Shown: positions 1 through 13,900 of the stretch, piece after piece | How positions within the stretch are numbered: position 1 is the first letter of the stretch | Layout: the number at the start of each line of letters is the position of its first letter | Assembly (NCBI GenBank): GCA_000004985.1 | Contig: GG738886.1 | From: Naegleria gruberi | Lineage: Eukaryota | Strand: one strand, 5' to 3' | Length of the DNA: 64,000 bases | Notes under the pieces: generated by a model | What the model was told of the DNA's origin: nothing | The model's database searches: none | What the model saw: the letters and a program-made list of their open reading frames with translations, nothing else | Translations under genes and position numbers: made by a program

Positions 1-759
1 AAACTCTTCTCTTAGCATCTAAAATAACTGGATAAACTGGACTATCCTTGATAATCTTAGTGTAAGGGGACAAGTGCTTCATTTCACTTCCNCTTTTTTT
101 CAATAAAAGCGAAAAGTTCGTCAGCATCCATTAATTCAGTTCTATCCAAAGGAATGAATTTGATTTCTTTTGGTGGAAGAGCTTCATATGTGAAAGGACC
201 TTCAATAACATCCAAATCGTGAGTACCAATAGCAACGAGGGTTCTCTTTCTACAAATATTTTGATGAAGCTTTTCTTGTAAATCAATGAAACTATTGTAG
301 GCATCTTCGGTGAAGGTGATATTTCTCAAGACAGCACCAACAACAAATTTACGGATTGATCCAGTTTCCTTTTTCACGTTAATCTTTAACAATTGTTTGG
401 TTTTGGAATTATCAATTTTATAGGTTGGAGCATCTTGACGACCGAGGAAAATGTTCAAAGCTCTGCTCAAGCCTTCTTCACAGAGTAAATCGTATCTGTT
501 GGCTGGGATTTCAATCTTGTAGATGACTTCATCGGAGAGTTTGCTTGTATCCTTTGCAGAACCCAATTCCTTTTCCTTCATCAATCTTTCAGAGGTAACA
601 TCATCCAATTCAATACCAAAATCAAAACAAAGTTGCTCAAAATCGGCATCGGCTATAATCCTCTCCTTCAATATTAATGTAACAACAATATAACTTACAA
701 TAGTGTGCAAGTCCAAGACGAGCCAACAACTTTACTTTCTTTACGTTAACAACAGGCAT
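1..759 (-). CDS. FARSB: Phenylalanyl-tRNA synthetase beta subunit (cytoplasmic), 5' part only. The gene runs off the window start. Exon 1 is 699..759 (MPVVNVKKVKLLARLGLAHY). A 47-nt intron lies at 652..698 (gtaagt...ttatag). Exon 2 runs from 651 downward. An ambiguous base n at 92 beside a T7 run causes an apparent frameshift.
   Basis: Translation aligns residue-by-residue with the human FARSB N-terminus ([64 protein letters not shown]) once the 47-nt GT-AG intron is removed. After the n at 92 the conserved continuation (PVYPVI, like human PLYPVIYD) is in another frame. Confidence 0.85.
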
Positions 760-1481
760 GTTGATGATGAAGGAAGATTATTTTTTTTAATTTTCAATTT
801 TAATAAAAATATTCAATTTTTAAAAGGCACTATCCTGTTGTTGTTGGCTTTAAGCACATCAGAGAAGATAATAATAATTATGTATTATATTTCCAGCTAA
901 ATTGTTATCCAGCCAAGGCTGTTTATCTCTGAACCTATCTATTTTCAAATGAATTCTCAATTTCAAAACACTGACTGCTCTTACGGAATTTACTTGTAAA
1001 TATTCATCATCAAACAACTACACCAAAACAACAACTCTCAAATGTTTTTAAATCATAAGGATAATTATCAAAATCCTCATCAAAACAACAGGCCTCAAGA
1101 ATGATCATTTCCGTTAAATGTCTACTCCACCTCCCGTACAGTATCAGGAGTCGCTTAAATTTACCATGTTACCTCTCACCAAATGATCCGAGCTTCTTCA
1201 CAGGCAATCCAAAGAGCCAATAGTGGTTGGATGGAACTTTTACTCTATTCATCACTCAGTGTTACTGCATGATCGAGTGACCTTCTTTCGCGATAATGTT
1301 TAATATCCAAACAAAAACAAAACCAACAACATTAACAGCAACACTGCTTCTCTGTTCTCCTAATAATCGATACTGAACCTCGGAACAAGTTATTAGAAGT
1401 TTAACCTTAAGCCTCATTAGATCTCATATTAGGGTTGACAATCTTTAACTGTCTGGATATTTGAAAACAAATTTAAAAAAA

Positions 1482-1978
1482 ATGTTTAATCCATTCTTTA
1501 CACAACCTTCTGGTGGCGCCAATGTCAATCCATCCAATATGAATGGCTCAAGTCAATTCAATAATAGTGTTGCTGGTACGTATACTAGTTGTAGTAATAG
1601 CAGTGGGAGTACAATGCCAAACTTATTTTCAGACATGATTAATATGAATAGAAGAATGATGATGGGAGGATTTAGCATGCCAAGTGTGAATTTTGGTATG
1701 ACAGTGATGGGTCAATCGAGCACTACTAATATGACAAATAGTGGGATGCTTGGTGGAGGAATGAGTATGCCATCAAGTAAAACACATGAAATGTGTGACT
1801 TGTCTGGAAAGTGGCAAGACAAATCTGGTATGGTTTGGCACATTACTCAAAATGGAAATACGTTCCAAATGATTGAGGAAAGGAGTAATTTCACGGGAAA
1901 GGGTTCAGTTATTTCGAGCAATATTAATGGAACCGAATGGGTTATTCACGTGTCATTAACTGCCAGAACATTACAAGT
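1482..1978 (+). CDS. Hypothetical protein, 3' end lost in the assembly gap. The N-terminus is low-complexity (M/G/S/N-rich, repeated GGFSMP / GMTVMG motifs) and is followed by a beta-rich segment (CDLSGKWQDKSGMVWHITQNGNTFQMIEER...).
   Basis: Open frame from a true ATG at 1482 (the track start at 1461 is TTG) into the N run. Codon usage is typical of the locus. No family recognised. Confidence 0.4.
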
Positions 1979-4900
1979 NNNNNNNNNNNNNNNNNNNNNN
2001 NNNNNNNNNNNNNNNNNNNNNNNNNNNNNNNNNNNNNNNNNNNNNNNNNNNNNNNNNNNNNNNNNNNNNNNNNNNNNNNNNNNNNNNNNNNNNNNNNNNN
2101 NNNNNNNNNNNNNNNNNNNNNNNNNNNNNNNNNNNNNNNNNNNNNNNNNNNNNNNNNNNNNNNNNNNNNNNNNNNNNNNNNNNNNNNNNNNNNNNNNNNN
2201 NNNNNNNNNNNNNNNNNNNNNNNNNNNNNNNNNNNNNNNNNNNNNNNNNNNNNNNNNNNNNNNNNNNNNNNNNNNNNNNNNNNNNNNNNNNNNNNNNNNN
2301 NNNNNNNNNNNNNNNNNNNNNNNNNNNNNNNNNNNNNNNNNNNNNNNNNNNNNNNNNNNNNNNNNNNNNNNNNNNNNNNNNNNNNNNNNNNNNNNNNNNN
2401 NNNNNNNNNNNNNNNNNNNNNNNNNNNNNNNNNNNNNNNNNNNNNNNNNNNNNNNNNNNNNNNNNNNNNNNNNNNNNNNNNNNNNNNNNNNNNNNNNNNN
2501 NNNNNNNNNNNNNNNNNNNNNNNNNNNNNNNNNNNNNNNNNNNNNNNNNNNNNNNNNNNNNNNNNNNNNNNNNNNNNNNNNNNNNNNNNNNNNNNNNNNN
2601 NNNNNNNNNNNNNNNNNNNNNNNNNNNNNNNNNNNNNNNNNNNNNNNNNNNNNNNNNNNNNNNNNNNNNNNNNNNNNNNNNNNNNNNNNNNNNNNNNNNN
2701 NNNNNNNNNNNNNNNNNNNNNNNNNNNNNNNNNNNNNNNNNNNNNNNNNNNNNNNNNNNNNNNNNNNNNNNNNNNNNNNNNNNNNNNNNNNNNNNNNNNN
2801 NNNNNNNNNNNNNNNNNNNNNNNNNNNNNNNNNNNNNNNNNNNNNNNNNNNNNNNNNNNNNNNNNNNNNNNNNNNNNNNNNNNNNNNNNNNNNNNNNNNN
2901 NNNNNNNNNNNNNNNNNNNNNNNNNNNNNNNNNNNNNNNNNNNNNNNNNNNNNNNNNNNNNNNNNNNNNNNNNNNNNNNNNNNNNNNNNNNNNNNNNNNN
3001 NNNNNNNNNNNNNNNNNNNNNNNNNNNNNNNNNNNNNNNNNNNNNNNNNNNNNNNNNNNNNNNNNNNNNNNNNNNNNNNNNNNNNNNNNNNNNNNNNNNN
3101 NNNNNNNNNNNNNNNNNNNNNNNNNNNNNNNNNNNNNNNNNNNNNNNNNNNNNNNNNNNNNNNNNNNNNNNNNNNNNNNNNNNNNNNNNNNNNNNNNNNN
3201 NNNNNNNNNNNNNNNNNNNNNNNNNNNNNNNNNNNNNNNNNNNNNNNNNNNNNNNNNNNNNNNNNNNNNNNNNNNNNNNNNNNNNNNNNNNNNNNNNNNN
3301 NNNNNNNNNNNNNNNNNNNNNNNNNNNNNNNNNNNNNNNNNNNNNNNNNNNNNNNNNNNNNNNNNNNNNNNNNNNNNNNNNNNNNNNNNNNNNNNNNNNN
3401 NNNNNNNNNNNNNNNNNNNNNNNNNNNNNNNNNNNNNNNNNNNNNNNNNNNNNNNNNNNNNNNNNNNNNNNNNNNNNNNNNNNNNNNNNNNNNNNNNNNN
3501 NNNNNNNNNNNNNNNNNNNNNNNNNNNNNNNNNNNNNNNNNNNNNNNNNNNNNNNNNNNNNNNNNNNNNNNNNNNNNNNNNNNNNNNNNNNNNNNNNNNN
3601 NNNNNNNNNNNNNNNNNNNNNNNNNNNNNNNNNNNNNNNNNNNNNNNNNNNNNNNNNNNNNNNNNNNNNNNNNNNNNNNNNNNNNNNNNNNNNNNNNNNN
3701 NNNNNNNNNNNNNNNNNNNNNNNNNNNNNNNNNNNNNNNNNNNNNNNNNNNNNNNNNNNNNNNNNNNNNNNNNNNNNNNNNNNNNNNNNNNNNNNNNNNN
3801 NNNNNNNNNNNNNNNNNNNNNNNNNNNNNNNNNNNNNNNNNNNNNNNNNNNNNNNNNNNNNNNNNNNNNNNNNNNNNNNNNNNNNNNNNNNNNNNNNNNN
3901 NNNNNNNNNNNNNNNNNNNNNNNNNNNNNNNNNNNNNNNNNNNNNNNNNNNNNNNNNNNNNNNNNNNNNNNNNNNNNNNNNNNNNNNNNNNNNNNNNNNN
4001 NNNNNNNNNNNNNNNNNNNNNNNNNNNNNNNNNNNNNNNNNNNNNNNNNNNNNNNNNNNNNNNNNNNNNNNNNNNNNNNNNNNNNNNNNNNNNNNNNNNN
4101 NNNNNNNNNNNNNNNNNNNNNNNNNNNNNNNNNNNNNNNNNNNNNNNNNNNNNNNNNNNNNNNNNNNNNNNNNNNNNNNNNNNNNNNNNNNNNNNNNNNN
4201 NNNNNNNNNNNNNNNNNNNNNNNNNNNNNNNNNNNNNNNNNNNNNNNNNNNNNNNNNNNNNNNNNNNNNNNNNNNNNNNNNNNNNNNNNNNNNNNNNNNN
4301 NNNNNNNNNNNNNNNNNNNNNNNNNNNNNNNNNNNNNNNNNNNNNNNNNNNNNNNNNNNNNNNNNNNNNNNNNNNNNNNNNNNNNNNNNNNNNNNNNNNN
4401 NNNNNNNNNNNNNNNNNNNNNNNNNNNNNNNNNNNNNNNNNNNNNNNNNNNNNNNNNNNNNNNNNNNNNNNNNNNNNNNNNNNNNNNNNNNNNNNNNNNN
4501 NNNNNNNNNNNNNNNNNNNNNNNNNNNNNNNNNNNNNNNNNNNNNNNNNNNNNNNNNNNNNNNNNNNNNNNNNNNNNNNNNNNNNNNNNNNNNNNNNNNN
4601 NNNNNNNNNNNNNNNNNNNNNNNNNNNNNNNNNNNNNNNNNNNNNNNNNNNNNNNNNNNNNNNNNNNNNNNNNNNNNNNNNNNNNNNNNNNNNNNNNNNN
4701 NNNNNNNNNNNNNNNNNNNNNNNNNNNNNNNNNNNNNNNNNNNNNNNNNNNNNNNNNNNNNNNNNNNNNNNNNNNNNNNNNNNNNNNNNNNNNNNNNNNN
4801 NNNNNNNNNNNNNNNNNNNNNNNNNNNNNNNNNNNNNNNNNNNNNNNNNNNNNNNNNNNNNNNNNNNNNNNNNNNNNNNNNNNNNNNNNNNNNNNNNNNN

Positions 4901-7900
4901 NNNNNNNNNNNNNNNNNNNNNNNNNNNNNNNNNNNNNNNNNNNNNNNNNNNNNNNNNNNNNNNNNNNNNNNNNNNNNNNNNNNNNNNNNNNNNNNNNNNN
5001 NNNNNNNNNNNNNNNNNNNNNNNNNNNNNNNNNNNNNNNNNNNNNNNNNNNNNNNNNNNNNNNNNNNNNNNNNNNNNNNNNNNNNNNNNNNNNNNNNNNN
5101 NNNNNNNNNNNNNNNNNNNNNNNNNNNNNNNNNNNNNNNNNNNNNNNNNNNNNNNNNNNNNNNNNNNNNNNNNNNNNNNNNNNNNNNNNNNNNNNNNNNN
5201 NNNNNNNNNNNNNNNNNNNNNNNNNNNNNNNNNNNNNNNNNNNNNNNNNNNNNNNNNNNNNNNNNNNNNNNNNNNNNNNNNNNNNNNNNNNNNNNNNNNN
5301 NNNNNNNNNNNNNNNNNNNNNNNNNNNNNNNNNNNNNNNNNNNNNNNNNNNNNNNNNNNNNNNNNNNNNNNNNNNNNNNNNNNNNNNNNNNNNNNNNNNN
5401 NNNNNNNNNNNNNNNNNNNNNNNNNNNNNNNNNNNNNNNNNNNNNNNNNNNNNNNNNNNNNNNNNNNNNNNNNNNNNNNNNNNNNNNNNNNNNNNNNNNN
5501 NNNNNNNNNNNNNNNNNNNNNNNNNNNNNNNNNNNNNNNNNNNNNNNNNNNNNNNNNNNNNNNNNNNNNNNNNNNNNNNNNNNNNNNNNNNNNNNNNNNN
5601 NNNNNNNNNNNNNNNNNNNNNNNNNNNNNNNNNNNNNNNNNNNNNNNNNNNNNNNNNNNNNNNNNNNNNNNNNNNNNNNNNNNNNNNNNNNNNNNNNNNN
5701 NNNNNNNNNNNNNNNNNNNNNNNNNNNNNNNNNNNNNNNNNNNNNNNNNNNNNNNNNNNNNNNNNNNNNNNNNNNNNNNNNNNNNNNNNNNNNNNNNNNN
5801 NNNNNNNNNNNNNNNNNNNNNNNNNNNNNNNNNNNNNNNNNNNNNNNNNNNNNNNNNNNNNNNNNNNNNNNNNNNNNNNNNNNNNNNNNNNNNNNNNNNN
5901 NNNNNNNNNNNNNNNNNNNNNNNNNNNNNNNNNNNNNNNNNNNNNNNNNNNNNNNNNNNNNNNNNNNNNNNNNNNNNNNNNNNNNNNNNNNNNNNNNNNN
6001 NNNNNNNNNNNNNNNNNNNNNNNNNNNNNNNNNNNNNNNNNNNNNNNNNNNNNNNNNNNNNNNNNNNNNNNNNNNNNNNNNNNNNNNNNNNNNNNNNNNN
6101 NNNNNNNNNNNNNNNNNNNNNNNNNNNNNNNNNNNNNNNNNNNNNNNNNNNNNNNNNNNNNNNNNNNNNNNNNNNNNNNNNNNNNNNNNNNNNNNNNNNN
6201 NNNNNNNNNNNNNNNNNNNNNNNNNNNNNNNNNNNNNNNNNNNNNNNNNNNNNNNNNNNNNNNNNNNNNNNNNNNNNNNNNNNNNNNNNNNNNNNNNNNN
6301 NNNNNNNNNNNNNNNNNNNNNNNNNNNNNNNNNNNNNNNNNNNNNNNNNNNNNNNNNNNNNNNNNNNNNNNNNNNNNNNNNNNNNNNNNNNNNNNNNNNN
6401 NNNNNNNNNNNNNNNNNNNNNNNNNNNNNNNNNNNNNNNNNNNNNNNNNNNNNNNNNNNNNNNNNNNNNNNNNNNNNNNNNNNNNNNNNNNNNNNNNNNN
6501 NNNNNNNNNNNNNNNNNNNNNNNNNNNNNNNNNNNNNNNNNNNNNNNNNNNNNNNNNNNNNNNNNNNNNNNNNNNNNNNNNNNNNNNNNNNNNNNNNNNN
6601 NNNNNNNNNNNNNNNNNNNNNNNNNNNNNNNNNNNNNNNNNNNNNNNNNNNNNNNNNNNNNNNNNNNNNNNNNNNNNNNNNNNNNNNNNNNNNNNNNNNN
6701 NNNNNNNNNNNNNNNNNNNNNNNNNNNNNNNNNNNNNNNNNNNNNNNNNNNNNNNNNNNNNNNNNNNNNNNNNNNNNNNNNNNNNNNNNNNNNNNNNNNN
6801 NNNNNNNNNNNNNNNNNNNNNNNNNNNNNNNNNNNNNNNNNNNNNNNNNNNNNNNNNNNNNNNNNNNNNNNNNNNNNNNNNNNNNNNNNNNNNNNNNNNN
6901 NNNNNNNNNNNNNNNNNNNNNNNNNNNNNNNNNNNNNNNNNNNNNNNNNNNNNNNNNNNNNNNNNNNNNNNNNNNNNNNNNNNNNNNNNNNNNNNNNNNN
7001 NNNNNNNNNNNNNNNNNNNNNNNNNNNNNNNNNNNNNNNNNNNNNNNNNNNNNNNNNNNNNNNNNNNNNNNNNNNNNNNNNNNNNNNNNNNNNNNNNNNN
7101 NNNNNNNNNNNNNNNNNNNNNNNNNNNNNNNNNNNNNNNNNNNNNNNNNNNNNNNNNNNNNNNNNNNNNNNNNNNNNNNNNNNNNNNNNNNNNNNNNNNN
7201 NNNNNNNNNNNNNNNNNNNNNNNNNNNNNNNNNNNNNNNNNNNNNNNNNNNNNNNNNNNNNNNNNNNNNNNNNNNNNNNNNNNNNNNNNNNNNNNNNNNN
7301 NNNNNNNNNNNNNNNNNNNNNNNNNNNNNNNNNNNNNNNNNNNNNNNNNNNNNNNNNNNNNNNNNNNNNNNNNNNNNNNNNNNNNNNNNNNNNNNNNNNN
7401 NNNNNNNNNNNNNNNNNNNNNNNNNNNNNNNNNNNNNNNNNNNNNNNNNNNNNNNNNNNNNNNNNNNNNNNNNNNNNNNNNNNNNNNNNNNNNNNNNNNN
7501 NNNNNNNNNNNNNNNNNNNNNNNNNNNNNNNNNNNNNNNNNNNNNNNNNNNNNNNNNNNNNNNNNNNNNNNNNNNNNNNNNNNNNNNNNNNNNNNNNNNN
7601 NNNNNNNNNNNNNNNNNNNNNNNNNNNNNNNNNNNNNNNNNNNNNNNNNNNNNNNNNNNNNNNNNNNNNNNNNNNNNNNNNNNNNNNNNNNNNNNNNNNN
7701 NNNNNNNNNNNNNNNNNNNNNNNNNNNNNNNNNNNNNNNNNNNNNNNNNNNNNNNNNNNNNNNNNNNNNNNNNNNNNNNNNNNNNNNNNNNNNNNNNNNN
7801 NNNNNNNNNNNNNNNNNNNNNNNNNNNNNNNNNNNNNNNNNNNNNNNNNNNNNNNNNNNNNNNNNNNNNNNNNNNNNNNNNNNNNNNNNNNNNNNNNNNN

Positions 7901-10900
7901 NNNNNNNNNNNNNNNNNNNNNNNNNNNNNNNNNNNNNNNNNNNNNNNNNNNNNNNNNNNNNNNNNNNNNNNNNNNNNNNNNNNNNNNNNNNNNNNNNNNN
8001 NNNNNNNNNNNNNNNNNNNNNNNNNNNNNNNNNNNNNNNNNNNNNNNNNNNNNNNNNNNNNNNNNNNNNNNNNNNNNNNNNNNNNNNNNNNNNNNNNNNN
8101 NNNNNNNNNNNNNNNNNNNNNNNNNNNNNNNNNNNNNNNNNNNNNNNNNNNNNNNNNNNNNNNNNNNNNNNNNNNNNNNNNNNNNNNNNNNNNNNNNNNN
8201 NNNNNNNNNNNNNNNNNNNNNNNNNNNNNNNNNNNNNNNNNNNNNNNNNNNNNNNNNNNNNNNNNNNNNNNNNNNNNNNNNNNNNNNNNNNNNNNNNNNN
8301 NNNNNNNNNNNNNNNNNNNNNNNNNNNNNNNNNNNNNNNNNNNNNNNNNNNNNNNNNNNNNNNNNNNNNNNNNNNNNNNNNNNNNNNNNNNNNNNNNNNN
8401 NNNNNNNNNNNNNNNNNNNNNNNNNNNNNNNNNNNNNNNNNNNNNNNNNNNNNNNNNNNNNNNNNNNNNNNNNNNNNNNNNNNNNNNNNNNNNNNNNNNN
8501 NNNNNNNNNNNNNNNNNNNNNNNNNNNNNNNNNNNNNNNNNNNNNNNNNNNNNNNNNNNNNNNNNNNNNNNNNNNNNNNNNNNNNNNNNNNNNNNNNNNN
8601 NNNNNNNNNNNNNNNNNNNNNNNNNNNNNNNNNNNNNNNNNNNNNNNNNNNNNNNNNNNNNNNNNNNNNNNNNNNNNNNNNNNNNNNNNNNNNNNNNNNN
8701 NNNNNNNNNNNNNNNNNNNNNNNNNNNNNNNNNNNNNNNNNNNNNNNNNNNNNNNNNNNNNNNNNNNNNNNNNNNNNNNNNNNNNNNNNNNNNNNNNNNN
8801 NNNNNNNNNNNNNNNNNNNNNNNNNNNNNNNNNNNNNNNNNNNNNNNNNNNNNNNNNNNNNNNNNNNNNNNNNNNNNNNNNNNNNNNNNNNNNNNNNNNN
8901 NNNNNNNNNNNNNNNNNNNNNNNNNNNNNNNNNNNNNNNNNNNNNNNNNNNNNNNNNNNNNNNNNNNNNNNNNNNNNNNNNNNNNNNNNNNNNNNNNNNN
9001 NNNNNNNNNNNNNNNNNNNNNNNNNNNNNNNNNNNNNNNNNNNNNNNNNNNNNNNNNNNNNNNNNNNNNNNNNNNNNNNNNNNNNNNNNNNNNNNNNNNN
9101 NNNNNNNNNNNNNNNNNNNNNNNNNNNNNNNNNNNNNNNNNNNNNNNNNNNNNNNNNNNNNNNNNNNNNNNNNNNNNNNNNNNNNNNNNNNNNNNNNNNN
9201 NNNNNNNNNNNNNNNNNNNNNNNNNNNNNNNNNNNNNNNNNNNNNNNNNNNNNNNNNNNNNNNNNNNNNNNNNNNNNNNNNNNNNNNNNNNNNNNNNNNN
9301 NNNNNNNNNNNNNNNNNNNNNNNNNNNNNNNNNNNNNNNNNNNNNNNNNNNNNNNNNNNNNNNNNNNNNNNNNNNNNNNNNNNNNNNNNNNNNNNNNNNN
9401 NNNNNNNNNNNNNNNNNNNNNNNNNNNNNNNNNNNNNNNNNNNNNNNNNNNNNNNNNNNNNNNNNNNNNNNNNNNNNNNNNNNNNNNNNNNNNNNNNNNN
9501 NNNNNNNNNNNNNNNNNNNNNNNNNNNNNNNNNNNNNNNNNNNNNNNNNNNNNNNNNNNNNNNNNNNNNNNNNNNNNNNNNNNNNNNNNNNNNNNNNNNN
9601 NNNNNNNNNNNNNNNNNNNNNNNNNNNNNNNNNNNNNNNNNNNNNNNNNNNNNNNNNNNNNNNNNNNNNNNNNNNNNNNNNNNNNNNNNNNNNNNNNNNN
9701 NNNNNNNNNNNNNNNNNNNNNNNNNNNNNNNNNNNNNNNNNNNNNNNNNNNNNNNNNNNNNNNNNNNNNNNNNNNNNNNNNNNNNNNNNNNNNNNNNNNN
9801 NNNNNNNNNNNNNNNNNNNNNNNNNNNNNNNNNNNNNNNNNNNNNNNNNNNNNNNNNNNNNNNNNNNNNNNNNNNNNNNNNNNNNNNNNNNNNNNNNNNN
9901 NNNNNNNNNNNNNNNNNNNNNNNNNNNNNNNNNNNNNNNNNNNNNNNNNNNNNNNNNNNNNNNNNNNNNNNNNNNNNNNNNNNNNNNNNNNNNNNNNNNN
10001 NNNNNNNNNNNNNNNNNNNNNNNNNNNNNNNNNNNNNNNNNNNNNNNNNNNNNNNNNNNNNNNNNNNNNNNNNNNNNNNNNNNNNNNNNNNNNNNNNNNN
10101 NNNNNNNNNNNNNNNNNNNNNNNNNNNNNNNNNNNNNNNNNNNNNNNNNNNNNNNNNNNNNNNNNNNNNNNNNNNNNNNNNNNNNNNNNNNNNNNNNNNN
10201 NNNNNNNNNNNNNNNNNNNNNNNNNNNNNNNNNNNNNNNNNNNNNNNNNNNNNNNNNNNNNNNNNNNNNNNNNNNNNNNNNNNNNNNNNNNNNNNNNNNN
10301 NNNNNNNNNNNNNNNNNNNNNNNNNNNNNNNNNNNNNNNNNNNNNNNNNNNNNNNNNNNNNNNNNNNNNNNNNNNNNNNNNNNNNNNNNNNNNNNNNNNN
10401 NNNNNNNNNNNNNNNNNNNNNNNNNNNNNNNNNNNNNNNNNNNNNNNNNNNNNNNNNNNNNNNNNNNNNNNNNNNNNNNNNNNNNNNNNNNNNNNNNNNN
10501 NNNNNNNNNNNNNNNNNNNNNNNNNNNNNNNNNNNNNNNNNNNNNNNNNNNNNNNNNNNNNNNNNNNNNNNNNNNNNNNNNNNNNNNNNNNNNNNNNNNN
10601 NNNNNNNNNNNNNNNNNNNNNNNNNNNNNNNNNNNNNNNNNNNNNNNNNNNNNNNNNNNNNNNNNNNNNNNNNNNNNNNNNNNNNNNNNNNNNNNNNNNN
10701 NNNNNNNNNNNNNNNNNNNNNNNNNNNNNNNNNNNNNNNNNNNNNNNNNNNNNNNNNNNNNNNNNNNNNNNNNNNNNNNNNNNNNNNNNNNNNNNNNNNN
10801 NNNNNNNNNNNNNNNNNNNNNNNNNNNNNNNNNNNNNNNNNNNNNNNNNNNNNNNNNNNNNNNNNNNNNNNNNNNNNNNNNNNNNNNNNNNNNNNNNNNN

Positions 10901-13900
10901 NNNNNNNNNNNNNNNNNNNNNNNNNNNNNNNNNNNNNNNNNNNNNNNNNNNNNNNNNNNNNNNNNNNNNNNNNNNNNNNNNNNNNNNNNNNNNNNNNNNN
11001 NNNNNNNNNNNNNNNNNNNNNNNNNNNNNNNNNNNNNNNNNNNNNNNNNNNNNNNNNNNNNNNNNNNNNNNNNNNNNNNNNNNNNNNNNNNNNNNNNNNN
11101 NNNNNNNNNNNNNNNNNNNNNNNNNNNNNNNNNNNNNNNNNNNNNNNNNNNNNNNNNNNNNNNNNNNNNNNNNNNNNNNNNNNNNNNNNNNNNNNNNNNN
11201 NNNNNNNNNNNNNNNNNNNNNNNNNNNNNNNNNNNNNNNNNNNNNNNNNNNNNNNNNNNNNNNNNNNNNNNNNNNNNNNNNNNNNNNNNNNNNNNNNNNN
11301 NNNNNNNNNNNNNNNNNNNNNNNNNNNNNNNNNNNNNNNNNNNNNNNNNNNNNNNNNNNNNNNNNNNNNNNNNNNNNNNNNNNNNNNNNNNNNNNNNNNN
11401 NNNNNNNNNNNNNNNNNNNNNNNNNNNNNNNNNNNNNNNNNNNNNNNNNNNNNNNNNNNNNNNNNNNNNNNNNNNNNNNNNNNNNNNNNNNNNNNNNNNN
11501 NNNNNNNNNNNNNNNNNNNNNNNNNNNNNNNNNNNNNNNNNNNNNNNNNNNNNNNNNNNNNNNNNNNNNNNNNNNNNNNNNNNNNNNNNNNNNNNNNNNN
11601 NNNNNNNNNNNNNNNNNNNNNNNNNNNNNNNNNNNNNNNNNNNNNNNNNNNNNNNNNNNNNNNNNNNNNNNNNNNNNNNNNNNNNNNNNNNNNNNNNNNN
11701 NNNNNNNNNNNNNNNNNNNNNNNNNNNNNNNNNNNNNNNNNNNNNNNNNNNNNNNNNNNNNNNNNNNNNNNNNNNNNNNNNNNNNNNNNNNNNNNNNNNN
11801 NNNNNNNNNNNNNNNNNNNNNNNNNNNNNNNNNNNNNNNNNNNNNNNNNNNNNNNNNNNNNNNNNNNNNNNNNNNNNNNNNNNNNNNNNNNNNNNNNNNN
11901 NNNNNNNNNNNNNNNNNNNNNNNNNNNNNNNNNNNNNNNNNNNNNNNNNNNNNNNNNNNNNNNNNNNNNNNNNNNNNNNNNNNNNNNNNNNNNNNNNNNN
12001 NNNNNNNNNNNNNNNNNNNNNNNNNNNNNNNNNNNNNNNNNNNNNNNNNNNNNNNNNNNNNNNNNNNNNNNNNNNNNNNNNNNNNNNNNNNNNNNNNNNN
12101 NNNNNNNNNNNNNNNNNNNNNNNNNNNNNNNNNNNNNNNNNNNNNNNNNNNNNNNNNNNNNNNNNNNNNNNNNNNNNNNNNNNNNNNNNNNNNNNNNNNN
12201 NNNNNNNNNNNNNNNNNNNNNNNNNNNNNNNNNNNNNNNNNNNNNNNNNNNNNNNNNNNNNNNNNNNNNNNNNNNNNNNNNNNNNNNNNNNNNNNNNNNN
12301 NNNNNNNNNNNNNNNNNNNNNNNNNNNNNNNNNNNNNNNNNNNNNNNNNNNNNNNNNNNNNNNNNNNNNNNNNNNNNNNNNNNNNNNNNNNNNNNNNNNN
12401 NNNNNNNNNNNNNNNNNNNNNNNNNNNNNNNNNNNNNNNNNNNNNNNNNNNNNNNNNNNNNNNNNNNNNNNNNNNNNNNNNNNNNNNNNNNNNNNNNNNN
12501 NNNNNNNNNNNNNNNNNNNNNNNNNNNNNNNNNNNNNNNNNNNNNNNNNNNNNNNNNNNNNNNNNNNNNNNNNNNNNNNNNNNNNNNNNNNNNNNNNNNN
12601 NNNNNNNNNNNNNNNNNNNNNNNNNNNNNNNNNNNNNNNNNNNNNNNNNNNNNNNNNNNNNNNNNNNNNNNNNNNNNNNNNNNNNNNNNNNNNNNNNNNN
12701 NNNNNNNNNNNNNNNNNNNNNNNNNNNNNNNNNNNNNNNNNNNNNNNNNNNNNNNNNNNNNNNNNNNNNNNNNNNNNNNNNNNNNNNNNNNNNNNNNNNN
12801 NNNNNNNNNNNNNNNNNNNNNNNNNNNNNNNNNNNNNNNNNNNNNNNNNNNNNNNNNNNNNNNNNNNNNNNNNNNNNNNNNNNNNNNNNNNNNNNNNNNN
12901 NNNNNNNNNNNNNNNNNNNNNNNNNNNNNNNNNNNNNNNNNNNNNNNNNNNNNNNNNNNNNNNNNNNNNNNNNNNNNNNNNNNNNNNNNNNNNNNNNNNN
13001 NNNNNNNNNNNNNNNNNNNNNNNNNNNNNNNNNNNNNNNNNNNNNNNNNNNNNNNNNNNNNNNNNNNNNNNNNNNNNNNNNNNNNNNNNNNNNNNNNNNN
13101 NNNNNNNNNNNNNNNNNNNNNNNNNNNNNNNNNNNNNNNNNNNNNNNNNNNNNNNNNNNNNNNNNNNNNNNNNNNNNNNNNNNNNNNNNNNNNNNNNNNN
13201 NNNNNNNNNNNNNNNNNNNNNNNNNNNNNNNNNNNNNNNNNNNNNNNNNNNNNNNNNNNNNNNNNNNNNNNNNNNNNNNNNNNNNNNNNNNNNNNNNNNN
13301 NNNNNNNNNNNNNNNNNNNNNNNNNNNNNNNNNNNNNNNNNNNNNNNNNNNNNNNNNNNNNNNNNNNNNNNNNNNNNNNNNNNNNNNNNNNNNNNNNNNN
13401 NNNNNNNNNNNNNNNNNNNNNNNNNNNNNNNNNNNNNNNNNNNNNNNNNNNNNNNNNNNNNNNNNNNNNNNNNNNNNNNNNNNNNNNNNNNNNNNNNNNN
13501 NNNNNNNNNNNNNNNNNNNNNNNNNNNNNNNNNNNNNNNNNNNNNNNNNNNNNNNNNNNNNNNNNNNNNNNNNNNNNNNNNNNNNNNNNNNNNNNNNNNN
13601 NNNNNNNNNNNNNNNNNNNNNNNNNNNNNNNNNNNNNNNNNNNNNNNNNNNNNNNNNNNNNNNNNNNNNNNNNNNNNNNNNNNNNNNNNNNNNNNNNNNN
13701 NNNNNNNNNNNNNNNNNNNNNNNNNNNNNNNNNNNNNNNNNNNNNNNNNNNNNNNNNNNNNNNNNNNNNNNNNNNNNNNNNNNNNNNNNNNNNNNNNNNN
13801 NNNNNNNNNNNNNNNNNNNNNNNNNNNNNNNNNNNNNNNNNNNNNNNNNNNNNNNNNNNNNNNNNNNNNNNNNNNNNNNNNNNNNNNNNNNNNNNNNNNN

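Noticed and set aside
703-900. Short ORFs antisense to or overlapping verified exons (703..900; 37072..37308; 18716..19130; 41947..42366; 42042..42344; 46851..47093; 59301..59750; 58821..59255)
   Set aside because: They lie inside or opposite well-supported genes (FARSB, vWA, IPO11, Trm4, NTase, SCS-beta) and have no independent support.
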